A DNA stretch of 64,000 bases from Paragordius varius (Eukaryota > Animalia > Nematomorpha). The DNA is taken from assembly GCA_964247055.1 (NCBI GenBank), contig OZ176050.1, positions 13,578,001 to 13,642,000 of the forward strand, written 5' to 3'. Positions 63,171 to 64,000 of this stretch are shown here, in pieces. Made by a program: the position numbers and the translations under genes. Position 1 is the stretch's first letter. Each line of letters starts with the position of its first letter. The notes under the pieces are model-generated. The model was not told where the DNA came from and made no database searches. It saw only the letters and a program-made list of their open reading frames with translations.

Positions 63171-64000
63171 TGCCTTTTTTAGTATTTTTTTGAAAAAATT
63201 TTATATGTGTTAAAAATTCACTTGAAAAAAAGACTAAATTTTGACATTTAAGTCCGTACTATTTTTTTCTCTCTGATATTTAAATAACATATTTATATTC
63301 AAAAGATAGAGTTTAAAACGCTTTATTAAATGATATTAAGTTTATAATATAATAACATTTTATTATAAGGTTATATTTAATTTTCTCTCGATTTTCTCTT
63401 GTTTTTGAAAAATTAAAAAACCTATAAAATTTCAAAATTCTGATTGGCGGGATCAAAAATTTTTTTAAATTCGGTTTTAAAACACTGAAATTAGTCATAA
63501 TTTAAAAAGTTTGAGTGGTGGTGCTTAAAAATGTCCAAATTTGTCGACTAGTGTTATCTTCGGAATGGTAAAAATAGTTTTTAATGGTAAAAGAATAAAA
63601 AGTGTGCATTATTGGGTTATGAATTTCAAAATTTACAAGAAAATAACTTGTTCGAATTTTTTAATTACGCTAAAAAAATAAGGTGTATTTTTAGGTTTCA
63701 CGTTGCGGTATTAATTATTCTACAAGCTTTTTAACAAAGCTTACATCCAACCAAATTTGGCAAAAGTTTTGGTATAATTAAACTTAATATACAAATTTAA
63801 TTAAATCGTTTTTTAAATTATAATCTCAAAATTAGGTAATCCCAACTTCAAATTTTTTGTTGTATTTTTTATGTAATAATTTTTAACCATATCCTCTGAA
63901 CATATTTGAGGCATTTCAATTTATATTTAATTGTAAAATTCAATAATCAGCTGTTTTTGGGGGCTATGAAATATCCAATAATTTATCCTGTTTTCGAAAT

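Overview
Very AT-rich (roughly 20-25% GC by eye) eukaryotic, animal-like genomic DNA with GT-AG spliceosomal introns and the standard genetic code. By hand-splicing I recover four protein genes. (1) The last two exons of a medium-chain dehydrogenase/reductase (alcohol dehydrogenase-like) gene (+, 585-1223). (2) A complete 23-exon 26S proteasome subunit RPN1/PSMD2 gene (-, 21253-3034, 1141 aa). (3) A 9-exon methionine synthase reductase-like gene (+, 24460-33881, 539 aa) with no visible FMN/flavodoxin domain. (4) A long ORF for a signal-peptide protein with one heavily inflated laminin-G domain (+, 54372-55934), whose promoter and start are tandemly duplicated. Introns are either tiny (23-27 nt) or kb-sized and filled with transposons: two abundant MITE families, hAT and piggyBac-type MITEs, RTE LINE fragments, a tRNA-derived SINE, mariner relics, a Helitron-like element, and a 4.6 kb foldback made of two Chapaev3-like 3' halves. 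The most unusual observations are: two independent intronic tandem arrays in PSMD2 that each amplify a real 3' splice site plus the start of the exon fused to MITE sequence (decoy acceptors); Penelope-type minimal hammerhead ribozymes at about 7.9 kb and 58.8 kb; the FMN-less MTRR with a catalytic Cys-to-Thr change; and a decayed repeat resembling AKAP RII-binding helices. All protein assignments come from motif recognition and memory, not database searches. About 39-52 kb has no gene I can support.
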